A stretch of DNA of 64,000 bases from Camelus ferus (lineage: Eukaryota). Positions 27,258-39,773 of the stretch are shown here, piece by piece. The DNA lies in assembly GCF_009834535.1 (NCBI RefSeq), contig NC_045696.1:26724001-26788000 (forward strand), written 5' to 3'. The notes beneath the pieces were generated by a model. That model was not told where the DNA came from, searched no databases, and worked only from the letters and a program-made list of their open reading frames with translations. Positions within the stretch are counted from its first letter, which is position 1; each line of letters begins with the position of its first letter. Made by a program: the position numbers and the translations under genes.

Positions 27258-28264
27258 ATGCTCTTTTAGTTCAAATTTAGGAGAACTGTCAAAACCACAG
27301 TGAATAAACACTTTTAAGTAGATCACCTCTTACTTTAAAGTGCTGGGGTTTTTATGCCATTCTCAAGAGGAAATGGTCAACTATAAATGTTGTAGCAGCA
27401 AAAATAGGCTTTGGAGAATAATAAACCCAAGTTCCGCAAGCTGAGACAATGATTCAGCCAGAACAAGAACATATTCAACAGCAGAAATGTAAGCTGTGAC
27501 TTTCCGTTTGACATAACAGCCATAGCTACGTAATAGAAGTACAGCAGCACAGTCTAATTCATTATGATTCTGCACTGTTAGTATGTTTCACGATCACAAG
27601 ACTCAGTTAAACTCAGAAGTATGTTATACCCTTCAAAAATCTGAGGAATGGGCAGAAGTTTGTTTTTGTTTTTGTTTTTGCTTAATATATTTTATTCCCT
27701 CCCCTGCCCTGTTTCTATCCATCAATCACTAAAATTTAACTGACCATATGTTTAAATTCTATGAACAGAAAGGATGCCATTCTAAGAGGCTATAACTTTC
27801 TGTATGTCAGGTAAAATACTTTTCAGTATTATATTTTTAAGTTAGCCAAGGAACCTATCATCAGGGAAATTTAACATTATAAGCACTGAGAAAACGTATT
27901 AATAACATATCCTCTGAGGAGCCTGGCCCTTGACTAATTATACCCAACAGCAAGATTATAAATATGGATTTCTCCTAAGAATTTGATTTCTACAATTCAG
28001 TGAAATATTCTTGCTTTATACACAAGTCCCTCACATGGTAAGTTTTTATGTAAGCTTGCAATAGAGCACTATCCTCAACACAACTAGTCAGCATCTATTA
28101 ACAATAGAAAATGGAATAACTTACTAGCTACTTCTTATGCCTGTGTTTGAAAGTCTTTCACAAGGCGTTTGTTCAGAGCTTCATTCTCCCACATCAGTCC
28201 TTCTAGCTACAATGTTCAAACTTTACAGCCTTCTTTACACTCTACACCACCATGATTATTTAGA

Positions 28265-28420
28265 AACAGGCTGCTGCCACTTGTTGTCAATGTGATCTTC
28301 CCTGATACTTCTGAAATTTAATTTCCTCATCTCTAAAATGGGGGTCATAAACTATAGCATATATGGTTTTATTTTTTTCATGATCATGTAAAATAATAAA
28401 AAATGGGATTTAAAGTCAGA
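28265..28420 (+). mobile_element. MIR fragment
   Basis: ctgccacttgttg...tttcctcatctctaaaatgggg core. Confidence 0.55.
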
Positions 28421-29334
28421 TCTTAATTTGAAAGCATGAAAGTATTAGTGCTATATAATATCCTGCATTATACTACAATGGAGTAGGAATTGTTGTGAAT
28501 ATTTGCTGTCTCTTGAACTTTGAGGCAAGAGGAGAGATTATTGTAAACAGTCTGTAATAGAGTTAGAAGAGAATGATCATTGTAAAATTTATCTTCTAAT
28601 ATATTATTAGAGCACAGCATAGACACTTAACTCAATTTAATGAGTAGTAACACCAATATCAAGGAATAAAAATTAACGTCCCCTACAAATGAAAAGTTAA
28701 TAGTAAACGTTCCAAATAAGTTGAATTAAAATAGCACTTTGTGTTCCTTGTATTCATGTCTTTAAATTCAATCTCAAAAAGAAATTACTTGAAACAGAAA
28801 TATTTGCTGTTTTCTCATGGGGCTCGCTAAACCCTTAGCCTTGGTTAACTGTTGTCATACATCCTGCAGAGAAATTTTCCCTGCATTGTGTCATCCTTTC
28901 ACTGAAGATAAAAAAGACCAGGTAAGCATATTCAAAACATGCTTTTTCTTGAATGACTAGGGAGAAGAGTCCTCCAAGTTCCTTGTACTTTGCTTCTTAG
29001 ATCACCAAGAATAGGTATATATGGTCAAAGATTGAACGTGCTTAAGAACAGTAGCTACGTAAAAACGACTTCACTATGAATGATTCAAGGGCCAACCAAT
29101 TTCTGGCAATGCAGGCTCACTGGGAATATTAAACCCATCATTTACTACAGATAGTTTGTGTAGACCAGGGGCTTCCAGACTGCCCACTTAGTCTTCTTAA
29201 TATTTTCTAAACAATAGGGTCCTTTATGATGTCAATATGAAGGTCATAAAAATGAAAAAAGGCATTATAGGGAAATCTTTTTTCTCCAAAACTATGGGTT
29301 TAAAAAAATTATATATATATATATGCAAAAATAT

Positions 29335-30270
29335 GTTTGGAACTGCCAGAGTAAAGGCATTTCTATCTCACTCTTTTGTCTGAAACCTATAAAAACTACA
29401 AAATGCATGAAATTCAAATAAGAATTTTCTATCTTTAATGAAAACATGAAAAGCCAACTCAACTCCAAGCCCTATTCTATAAATCAGCTGCCAAGAACGG
29501 TGACATCAGAACCAACTTGTGGCATGATGCGCAGACTACATCTCTCTATGTATCTATGTCTGTGTCTATGTCTGTGACTGCATTTTCAGCTATATTGGTT
29601 AATACACAAAACCAGATAGCACAGATCCAAAATCCCTGGGACCTACACTGTTGATGACTGATTGCTTATTCGAGATAAGTTTAAGGATCTGCATGAGTTA
29701 CAGTAAAATATGTGAGCCTTATTTCATGCTGCAGAGTCAGAGACTGAAGCTAATTAAGAAACCGGCAAATATTCTCAAGAACAAGTCTGTATGTGGGAGG
29801 GAGTGAAAGGAAAACAATCACAACAGCTGATCATACCCACTGAAGAGACTTGCAGAAATACACGATCATCAGAGAGAAAAGCTATGAGAGAATGACTCAC
29901 TCTGGTCCAAGCTTACTTCCTTTTTGTCCCAAATGCTCAGAGCACTGTGTGGATGACGGTGTGTACATGTGCTCAGAATAAATGGGGTAAGAAAGTAATC
30001 TGAGAAATACTTCTTTCCTGTCTTATGTTTCAGTAAATTGCTGATACTGACAGAATAAAACCCCTTAAAAATAAGAGGAATTGCGTACACAAACTAGAAA
30101 GGATATCAGAACATAAAAGGAACAAAGTAACACAACAAACTGAGAGCAAATGAAGAGTAGCTATTAGAATAAGAATTAGTGAGAAAATCTTAAAAAAACA
30201 TTCCGTACTGAAAACATAGCCTTGGACATAGAAGAATTGAGAAGAGTGAGCCAAATAAACATGTATTCAA
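29335..30270 (+). mobile_element. Ancient L1/HAL1-type 5' and ORF1 remnant
   Basis: A-rich strand with weak resemblance (ctatctttaatgaaaac; gacatagaagaattgagaagag). Confidence 0.4.
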
Positions 30271-31189
30271 ATATCCAGTAGCAGCAGGGAGATTTCAAAT
30301 ATCTTGGTCTTGCATAAGACTTGGTCTTGCAAAAGACCTCTGGCACAGCCCAGGTCCTGGGAAAGAGTCAAGAATGGATAAGGATGAAATTACCAACCAC
30401 ATGGCAAGCTGTAAGCTCTGAGTTTAAAGGTTGATAGAGTGAGATTGAAGTATTTATTCATGCCATACGAAAAATGCAAATAAAATAAAGTTTTTAATTT
30501 TCTGTAGCTGACGTGGTTTTTCTCATGTGTTTCCCAAGCTACTGGATCATGGAGAAACTTTAACTTACCAACTTATTTTCTCACTGTGTTTTCTGGTATA
30601 AGCAGTTACTTTTCAGTTGTAAATAGTCCCTTTCAGGTAAATGCTGACTCTTCCACTTTGCTGCACTCGTCCATCATGTCCTTCTTAAGATGCCATCTTG
30701 CCATGTGAAAAAGCTTGCCTTTTACCTTCATGGAAGTGGAACAGAGGGCCTTGCTTTTACAGAGCAATCCCTCCGCTGCTCTCTGAGTCTCGGCTGTTCT
30801 CTTCAGTGATGGTGGCTCTGGTCCTTCTGGTTATATCTTCCCCTTGGCCAGGGATATCACACATGGTCCAAGTATGAGTGGGTCAAAGTTATGGCCAGTA
30901 CTAATTTTAGACTCAGAAAGACTAGACCTCAGGAAAGAAAGGTTTCTGTATTGGATGTTATATCTTAAAGGGTTCCACTCTGACCTTAATCTGACTGCCT
31001 CTCTTCCCTGGAGTAGAGTCGTCTGGCTAAGGGGGCAGGACAACCTGGAGGACACGTGCCCATCTTCCAAAACACAGACCAAGTATGTAAGATGTCAAAA
31101 GGGCTCTGAGCCCATTTCCTAAGTGGACACAAGCCTTCTCTCCTGGCCCATCCTTCTGAGGACAGTCCATACCTCTCGTGCATGCACCT

Positions 31190-31690
31190 GGGGCAGACAG
31201 ACTCTAAAATCTCCCCCGTGATCAATGCCTCCTGGTATTATTACTTCCCATAATCCCCATTTCTCCCCCTGGAGTGTAAGGGGAACTTGTGAGTGCTTCT
31301 CAACAACAGAACACGGCAAAGGTAATGGGATGTCACTTCTATGACTACATCATGTTAAAAGGAAAAAGTAACAGTGTATCATTCCCATGATTATGTCATG
31401 TTATATAATACTTGGGCTCGCTAGGAGACTCATGATGGAGTCTTACTCTCCTGTTGCCTTTGAAGAAGTCAGTCATGAATTCTACACCCTCAAGGAAACG
31501 AATTGTGCTGAGGGGACATGGAAGCAGATAGTTCCTCACTCGAGCCTCCAGGTAAGATTGCAGTTAGACTGACACCACCCAGAGGACCCGGCTAAGCTGT
31601 GCCTTGACTACTAACCCAGGGAAGCTATGAGATGTAAATGTAGCTGTTTTAAGTCACTACATTTGTGCCGCATAATAATATAGCATCTCT
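31190..31690 (+). mobile_element. MaLR solo LTR (MLT1E-like)
   Basis: ggcaaaggtaatgggatgtcactt; cccagaggacccggctaagctgtgcc; tgttttaagtcacta. Confidence 0.8.
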
Positions 31691-32540
31691 AGGTCAAGGG
31701 GTGGCCAAGGGGAGGGTGGCTGGGAGGACTGAATACAGTCTGGACATGTGGGCTGAGGTGTCCTCAAGCACTGTGTGGGGTGCTTTGTAGAAGGTGAAGG
31801 AGCCAGGATGGTGTGCAGAAGAGAGTGGGAGGAGAGGCCTGGCCGGGGCTGGCTGCCCCTACATGCTACAATCTGGTACAGATCTCCAAGGAGTCCTAGA
31901 ACTCCAAACAAAAGGTGATCTTCATGGTTGTGGTGAAGGTAGGACACTAGAACACATTTCATCTCATAATTTGTTACCATTATTTATAGCTTTTAAATAT
32001 GAAGGACATGGCATGTGGGTTTCCATCTGTACTTGCATCATGGGCCTGTTCACTCTGTCTCTCTCACCTCCCTTACAGTCATCTTTGCTAAACAGCCCTC
32101 TTGTGGCAATGACAGGTTTAGCCTCTTTAGATTCCCAGTAGAGTATGTCGCTCTGGTGCCCATGGCCAAAATCACATCAACAGTGCAGGGGGACACAGCC
32201 AAGGCCCCGCCCATGCGCAGCTTGAAAGAAGTAAATTCTGCTGAAGAACAGGTGGGAATTTCTAAGTCTTTCCAACTTCAGATGGGAGATAAGGAAATTA
32301 GACGAAAACTTCCTCTTTCTCTCTATTTCTAACCAGGGATAATTAGTGTTTTACAGTCAAGCCGCTTCCCCAGTTTGGTGTGGGGAGTGGGAGGAGGCAG
32401 GTTTTCTGCAGCACAGTTTGTTCCAAGAGTCCTCAGAAGTCTACAAGGCAAAAATTCCCCCTTTTTATTAGTTTCTCTCATCAACCAAGCTAACTTGGTT
32501 TTTCCCACTAGCACTTTTGTTCAGAAAAGGGCAGTTAGGA

Positions 32541-33024
32541 TATAATAGGGAAGAACAAATCTGACTCCATATTAGATCTGTTTCTTTAGCTCTAACCCTG
32601 GGCTCTGTTTCCTGTGTTTAGTCTTGCTGGTTCTGCACCTTTTGTACAAGAATGTTGTCTATAGCCTGAAATATACAGAGTAGCCCATCCTCAAGGCTCT
32701 GACCTTCTCCTACTCATATAGAGATAAAAATGTGCAGAACAGAGAATAACATCTGCCTTGTTGGAGGTATACAGGAACATCGGGACCTGACCTATGTGAA
32801 CAGCTGCAAGAATAAAGGATTCCCAAACCAAGAAGTTTGCAACAACTTTTAGTATAAAAGAAATCTGAATTCTGACTTGGGTAAGATGTTTCTCCAGGAC
32901 ATTAATCTGCCAGCTTCTAGGTCTGCTGGCTTTCCAAATAAAGTCGTTATTCCTTGCCAACACCCTGTCTCTCAATTTATTTGCCTGTAGTATGGTGAGC
33001 AAAATCAGTTTGGACTCAGTAACA
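32541..33024 (+). mobile_element. ERV1-class solo LTR (MER41-like family)
   Basis: Perfect 4-bp TSD AGGA (32537-40 and 33025-28), tataaaa at 32853, aataaa at 32937, ends ...ggactcagtaaca. Confidence 0.9.
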
Positions 33025-33847
33025 AGGACTCATGTGATCTCTTTCCCTTTCATTCCTTTTCTCATGTTCTCTCTAGGCAGAAGGGCTGGGCTTTCCATCA
33101 TCCCTATGTGATAAGTTATCCAGACCAACAGTAAACCTTGGTGTGCTTGTTTGATAGGATTGGTTTTTGATATGGAATATAAGTTACAGATACTATTATT
33201 TTTCTATAACTCACAATAAGGAGCTGTAAAACAAAGCTAAACGCCTTTCTGTTGTAGGAAGGATTCTCCATTCCTGGAGCTATCAACTTTATAGCTATAT
33301 TTTGAAAGTGTAAGGCTGGAAAGATACATGAAAGAGAAAAAAAAACTGGCTTACTCTACCCCCAATGAAACAAGAATTAGACTAATATCACCAAAATAGA
33401 AAACTTAATTGAAAACTTATTTTTAATTGTTGCTTAATGGAAAACTTACTTAAAGTGCAAGTTGGTATGTATGCTAAGTATAGTAATGCTAGATGCAACC
33501 ATTATAACTCAAAGTCTTCGCTAGCATTCCACCAAAATGTTACGATTTCAAAACTGCTGCGTAGATAAATAACTCTGGGAAATGCTACCTTAGATTGCCA
33601 TGAAAGCCAAGACATCCTGGGGTGGTGTGTACGAGAGTAACAATGAAATCTGTCTTGCTATTGCAAAACAAGAGACTAAGTAGTCTACATCTGAACATCT
33701 AGCAAGAGAAGAAACACCTAGCAATTCCCTGAGACATAACCAAAGGTGGGAAGGGAAGTGGGGAGGAGTGGCCAAAGCTGTCGTGGATGGTTCTCTTCTT
33801 CCCTTTTATCAAATAGTGCCAGGTAAGGAGACGTATATGAAACTTAC

Positions 33848-33990
33848 AAATCAGGAAATTTAGTTTTTAACATAAGTTGTGTTTATCTCAAGTGTCACAG
33901 ACTAGACTAACAGCCTAGTGAGGAGAGCTTATTTCGTGTACAGAGCTTGTCTGTGGGAGGGTCTATATACCCTCCCTGCCCCGCCCCCTC
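33848..33990 (-). promoter_or_regulatory. Candidate core promoter and short first exon
   Basis: Minus strand reads GGGGCGGGGC (33987-33978), then TATATAGA (33969-33962), then a donor TTT|GTAAGTT at 33848/33847, all in non-repeat sequence. Confidence 0.35.
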
Positions 33991-34734
33991 CCAACACAGC
34001 TCCCCCTAAGGAAAAGGAGAATCGAGCCCATAGGTGACACCTAACAGCGATGCTCTGGATATGCAGGACTCTTCTTTTCTAATTATAAAAAAAGAAACGC
34101 CACATGCTGTGATTAGTGCTTAGTGACTGACTGAATCCGGAGGGAGGCTGGGTGGTTGGCAAAGAGAGCCCGTGAGAAACCAAAAGGAGAATCAGTGTTT
34201 TCTCAGTTCTGTGCAAAACACTGCACACAGCCTGGCTGTGTCGAGAGCTTCAGAAAACTAGCCTTGCTTCTGAAGAGCAGTAATGCCCGAGAGCTGTGTG
34301 TGGCAGCAACTGAGATCCTTAATGGGGAGCTGGGGTGGAAAATAGACCTATTTGTGAGCAATAGAAGAAATATCCAAATGCCTCACTCAGCTTCTCTGAG
34401 AGTTGACGTAAGTCTGCAGACTGTACATTGACAAGAGAATCTGAAAAAACTTGTATTCGAAAACAGCTTGAGATATCACATAGGGAATCCAAAAAATATG
34501 TGGAAGAGACATAAAGGGAACTAAAAGTGCTGAAGTTCACCCTAAGCAAAACTTCACAAAGTAAGGTCACGCATGAATTATAATGTGTCCCTATTTGTAC
34601 ACCCAAGATTAATGCATCCCAGGAACATGGGCTAAATGGTCAAATGTGAGTCATAGTTAAAATCCGGCTTATAAATCAAAGTTAATTTGTATGTACAAAA
34701 ATCCTACAGCTCTTTCATTTTCATTGGTTAGAAT

Positions 34735-35095
34735 TTAATATATAGTCCAATACCATGTATGTAAGGAGATATTTTTATGTATGTTTGTTTACCTATAAAA
34801 TATCTCTGGAAAAAGACACAAGTAGCTGATAACAATGACTGCCTCTGGGGAATCTGGAAGGTAGTTTGGGACAGGAAGTTGAATTATTTTTGACTTTTTA
34901 CATGAGTAGGACTTGTAAAAAAAAATTTATTTTATTTTTAGTGAAAGTACCGGGGATAGAACCCAAGACCTCCTCCTTGCTAAGCATGCACTCTACCACT
35001 GAGCCATACACCCCTCTGCCACCGAGGATGACTTTTGAACATTTTTACTGTGCACATATTTCTGATTCATAAAATCCCACAAAATTTAATTACAA
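34735..35095 (+). mobile_element. Ancient L1 (L1ME-like) 3' end, split by a SINE
   Basis: aaatatctctggaaaaagacacaagtagctgataacaatgactgcctctgggga. Confidence 0.55.
34926..35020 (-). mobile_element. tRNA-derived SINE (Vic-1-like), short form
   Basis: Reverse complement reads ggggtgtatggctcagtggtagagtgcatgcttagc...gggttctatccccggtac followed by an A-rich tail. Confidence 0.9.
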
Positions 35096-35703
35096 ATAGA
35101 ACGTAATAACTCTAAGCGTTTTTAAAACTAATTTTTCTTCAAATTAAACGACTCTATACATACTGTCAATAAATGATTTAAAGCAGCCAATTCCTAGTTG
35201 TTTTTCGATAGTAGTATAGATGGCAGTGTTGAAGTAAACCTATTGTTTCTAAATAGACAAAAGGATCGTAAAGATTCCAAACGTCTTATAGGCCAGAATC
35301 CATTTTTTCCATTAGCCTTCAGGAATTGCCAAAGAAAAAAAAAAAAAAAAATTCTGATCTGATTATGAGATGATGATTTCTTAAGGCCTCATTTTTCTTA
35401 TATTTTCCCCTGTCTGCCAGGAAATTCAGGTGGGCAATGTTCAATTATAGCTCCTGGCAGTATTTCCCACTTCCTTTCTACAAGTTCTTATCTGTTTTTA
35501 TCTTTATGTTTATGCAGACATGTTCCATAGTGGTTTTTTTAAATCAACAATTTCAAATATGTTTTGGCAGTAAGGATTGCTTAAATTTAATCTAAACCAA
35601 GTAAAATAATGGATTGGGCAACCAATACAGAGGCAATATTTTCCAAAATTCTTAGATAAAATTCTGTTTGTTTCTGGAGTGAAATATGTCAATGCATATC
35701 AAT

Positions 35704-35728
35704 TCTCTCTCTCTCTCTCTCTCTCTCT
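35704..35728. repeat. (TC)n microsatellite
   Basis: Perfect CT array. Confidence 0.9.
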
Positions 35729-36023
35729 TTTTTAAAGTGTATACTTCCCTGACCCAACTTCAGTGATTAGAGAAAAATTGCTTTGAAAAGCATTGTTGAC
35801 TGGTCTTAAGAGAAGGCAAAAGACTTTCTGCAGGATAAATAATAGGCATATCTTGAACATATATTCAGAGCAGGCCTACCTTAGAGGCTTTCTTACCTGG
35901 GAAGTTATATACCAGCCTTCAAGAATTCTTGAGAGACACTGCATCAAGCTCAGTATTCTGGCAGCATGAGAACAGGGAGCTTGTAATGGGGATGTCCACT
36001 CTGCCTGGTCCTAAGGGGTCATA

Positions 36024-36244
36024 TATGGTTCTCAACTTAGGGTACTTCAGCTCCTCAGCTCCCCTCCAGGGACATTTAGAAATTCTGGATGCATTTCTGG
36101 TCATGACAACTGGAGAGGAGGGTGATACTGGCATCTATCAGGTAGAGGTGAGGATTGCTGCTAAACAACCCACAGTGCACAAGATCACTTCTCACAACAA
36201 AGAACCCTCCATTCCAAATCTTAATAGCAGACAGAGAAATTCTG
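36024..36244. mobile_element. hAT-Charlie MITE (MER20-like)
   Basis: tggttctcaac start; cagggacattt; actggcatcta; tgctgctaaacaacccacagtgcacaaga; gagaaattctg end. Confidence 0.8.
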
Positions 36245-36607
36245 GCCTAGATCTAGTCTTCTCTGGGGTTTTGCTGCCACTCTTAGGGTAGTGCGGGACA
36301 ATAGGGCACCGTCTTTGTTCAGCTTGAGAGTAATGAGAGAGTCAGAGGCCAAGAGTGGAAATGATTCTTTTGTTTTCCACACTCTTAGCCACAATGCACT
36401 GTGTCTATGTTTGGGAAGATTCTGAGGCTGAAATACTGGAATGAGAGAAGAAAAAAAAAGCTTTCTACACTTAATCCTTCCAGATTCCTCCTCTGAGGCA
36501 AGAAGCTCACAGTACATCATTTGCTTGAAGAGAGGTAAGCATAGAGCAAAATGCAGAGGGATATAGAAGTAGATAAATAAATACCATAAATATACTTTCC
36601 CTTTCTA

Positions 36608-37270
36608 TATTACAGAGGTATTTAAAGTATTTAGTGAGAAAAGATGCAGAGCATCTGATTTTGTTAGAGCAGGCAGAGAGCTAGATGTGAGTAGAGGAAG
36701 GGGGGCATGGGCCAAATGACAGGAAACCACACATATTGTGAACGATGGGGGTCCTTGGGCAGACAAAGAAAAGCAAGAACCTCTGGACTGATAACAAAAC
36801 CACACATTTTGGGGTGCCAAGTGCCTTGGAGGCAGACAAAGAAAGGTGGAAGAAGGCAGGAATCTTCAGTGTCTGAATGTAACCTTTTGCTCATTATGCC
36901 CTCATTACAATAAAATTAGCCTTGCAGATTAGAAGTACCCATCATGCACTGAAGCCATGACACTTCCAATCAAGAATAAATAAGGCAAAATCCCACCTCC
37001 CCTTGGGAAGGTGGAGCTGGGATGAAAAGCAGGAAATATGACACCAAATCCCTCCCTCTCTAATGAATATTCCACCCATTCATTTTTATACCCCGTATAA
37101 CCAGATTGCCAAATAAACTCAGCTTAACTACTCACCTGAGTCTGCCTGCTCTCCCTTTGAGAACATACTAGCACCTAATAATAAACCCTTGCCTTGCTTT
37201 CTTGACCTCTGTGTTTCATCTCTGAATTCTTTCTGTGACAAGACAAGAACCTGCTCTCCAGAGAGTTTCA
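36608..37270 (+). mobile_element. ERV1-class solo LTR
   Basis: Ends ...tctgaattctttctgtgacaagacaagaacc...tttca, aataaa at 37180, TSD tcta/tctg. Confidence 0.75.
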
Positions 37271-37354
37271 TCTGGACATAACGAGGCTAAAAATGTAAAC
37301 CAAGGTTTCACTTTAGGCATTATCTCCTTATTCAGCTTTTTTTTAATTAGGGGA

Positions 37355-37670
37355 GAGGTAGTGAAAGGGAGCAGAACCCTGTGCCCCCTCCCAACCCCTG
37401 CCTCTTGTTTTTGGAAAAGTTCAAGTTTCCAGGCCTCCCTGAGTCATAAAAGAACAGGCTCAGGCAGTTGGTTAGAACAAGCCTGCAGGCAATGGGGGAT
37501 GGGAATGACTCTGACCACCTATCTCAATGATTAACTGAGAGTATTCCTTCATTTCCCTTTAAACTTTCACAGCTGAACAGAATCTTTGGATATGGCTTTT
37601 TGGGGTGATGCTGGGTCTAGCAGATTGCAGGCATTCTGGTTAAAAGTAACTTTCCCTTTTTCACCAAGGC
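37355..37670 (+). mobile_element. ERV1-class LTR, partial
   Basis: ttttggaaaagttcaagtttccaggcctccctgagtc and gcattctggttaaaagtaactttcc are LTR-like. Truncated where the next LTR starts. Confidence 0.5.
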
Positions 37671-38286
37671 TGTTGCCCCCAGGATCATATCCCTGCTCCT
37701 CCCTTGACTAGAAACAATTCACTCTTAAACTCACTCTTATCTAAGTCTCAGGGGGCAGCTGCAGAGAATAAACAAGAACTGGTTAGAACTGATAGAGTCC
37801 AAGATGGTGGAGGATTTGACTTCCAGTGGACCTTGAGCCTCATTATACACTCATTGTAATTAATGTATTAGCATGCTAAGTGACACACCCACCAGCACCA
37901 TGACAGTTGACAATTGCCATGACAACAACAGTTAAAGCCCATAAAAAGACTGAAAAGCTCGAACAAGGACTGATTGGCTCCATCACATTGGGAAGAAGGA
38001 CATGATGGCAGAAACCTTCCATAAAAGTCCACGTGGCCCAACCTGGACCCAGGCTGTCTCTACCAGCCACCTTGGCCAACGGCTCCCCACTCCAGCACCT
38101 TTTCCTCACTTGAGTGCTTTTCTTTCCTTCTCCTTGCTCAAGCACTTTTCTACCTTTTCCTCTTTTGAGAAATGAAAGTAGTTTCGCTCTGTCCCTCTGC
38201 TTCAGCTGTGAATTCTTTCCAGCTGGCATGCAAGGACCCACACTTTGGGGGGCCACTTAGTTTAGGAGTCTCACTATTGGCTAACA
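37671..38286 (+). mobile_element. ERV1-class solo LTR
   Basis: TGTTG...TAACA termini; ccaagatggtgg; cacacccaccagcaccatgacagtt; gtgaattctttcc...caaggaccca U5-type motif. Confidence 0.8.
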
Positions 38287-38717
38287 GTAGCACTGAGAGT
38301 AAACTGTTTCTTTCTCTTTCTCTATACTTTTCTAAAGCTAAGTACTGAAATATGTAAGGAATAATAAAGAAAAGAAGTCGACACATAGTCTTGGCTAATT
38401 CCCACATTTGTTAAAGTGTTCTCTAAATACTTGCGCAGAGAAATACGTATCATCTGTTTCCAAAGACCAGGTAAAAATAGACACAAAACAGAACATGAAC
38501 AGATGTTGAAATTCTAAAATATAAGCAGTATACATACACTAACCTTCACAAATTTCATCTCTTTTTAAATTCAATTTAAAATGATAGACAAATATTTAGG
38601 AACACTTTGACATTTGCTTTTCATACAACATACATCTTACTGTAAGTAATGATAAACAATCTTTTAGTGCTATGTGTTAGAAAATGAAATTCCTTGATAT
38701 GATAAATGGCAGACTCT

Positions 38718-39240
38718 TGAAGGGTAGCAGAATATACTTCCCCAAAATATGCTCCTTTTGACCATAAGGATTATTTTGACAAACAGCAGACACAGGAGAA
38801 GCTCTGAAACCAGAGTAGAAGTTACTCTTTTGAAAGGGAAATTTACATTAATAAAGGAAATCTCCATTTGTAAAGGTGTCTCTCTCCTGTAGAGAGAGAA
38901 GGACAACTCTTAAATCACAAGATACTCCTCTCAGTGGAGAAGACATCCACTTACATCCACATAACAAACCCTCCTTTTGCTTCTCCTGGTAACCTACTAT
39001 AACTGGCCTCCCTGACTTCCTACTCTGCCCCCCCCCCCTGCCCAATCCTTCTATTTTCAGTCTTGGAATTTAAGCTGGTGACTTAGGCCACCTCAAGGAG
39101 TTATTCGTTTTTCCCTGGGTATTTCCTATGCATACATGAAGCATATATTTTAATAAACTTCTGTTTTTCTCTTGTTAATCAATCTTTTATTATAGCTAAG
39201 AACTCAGAAAAGAGAGAAAATTACTTTTTCTCCCCCTACA
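38718..39240 (+). mobile_element. ERV1 solo LTR (MER34-like)
   Basis: tgaagggtagcagaatatacttccccaaaatatg start, ...ctccccctaca end, perfect TSD CTCT, aataaa at 39152. Confidence 0.9.
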
Positions 39241-39773
39241 CTCTAAAAACTAACAATAAGGAAACAACACACCACAGAGTTGATTGATTTTAACATTTTC
39301 TCCTTCTAAGGAGGACATTTTGCAATGAAAAAAAAAATATTCTAGATACTGATATAAACAGAGTTGGTCACTAATGTAGAAAGGCAAGGATAGAATACCA
39401 TGAGTTATGATACTTACAAGTATCTCATCATAAGTTTCTTTAGTTCAATTACACAGACACTTGGTTTACAAAATGTGCTAATCTGTTGGACAGGCACCAT
39501 TGGCTTTCCCAGGAAACCAAAGTAACACAGCTCGAACTATGAATTCAAATTCTTCCTCTTCTGTGTCCTAACATCTCTGCCTCCCGCAAAGAAAATGGGT
39601 GTTGTTTTCTTTTAAGAGAAGACTTTCAAGGTAATTGTGTAGGTACATATCTCCTGTACCTATGTATTTTTTTCTGACATCACAGTGTGAGGACATATAA
39701 AAATCTAATCTCAGTTTTTGTCTTTGGGAACAATATTTTTTTCCTTCTTTCTGAAATAGATTCTTCTAAATAC

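Noticed and set aside
32541..33024. Interferon-inducible (GAS/STAT1) enhancer, as known for primate MER41
   Set aside because: I see no TTCnnnGAA motif in this copy, and the family resemblance is only approximate.
35897..36012. 114-nt minus-strand exon with open frame and CAG|GTAAGA donor
   Set aside because: Weak polypyrimidine tract abutting a MER20 element, and the peptide is not recognisable.
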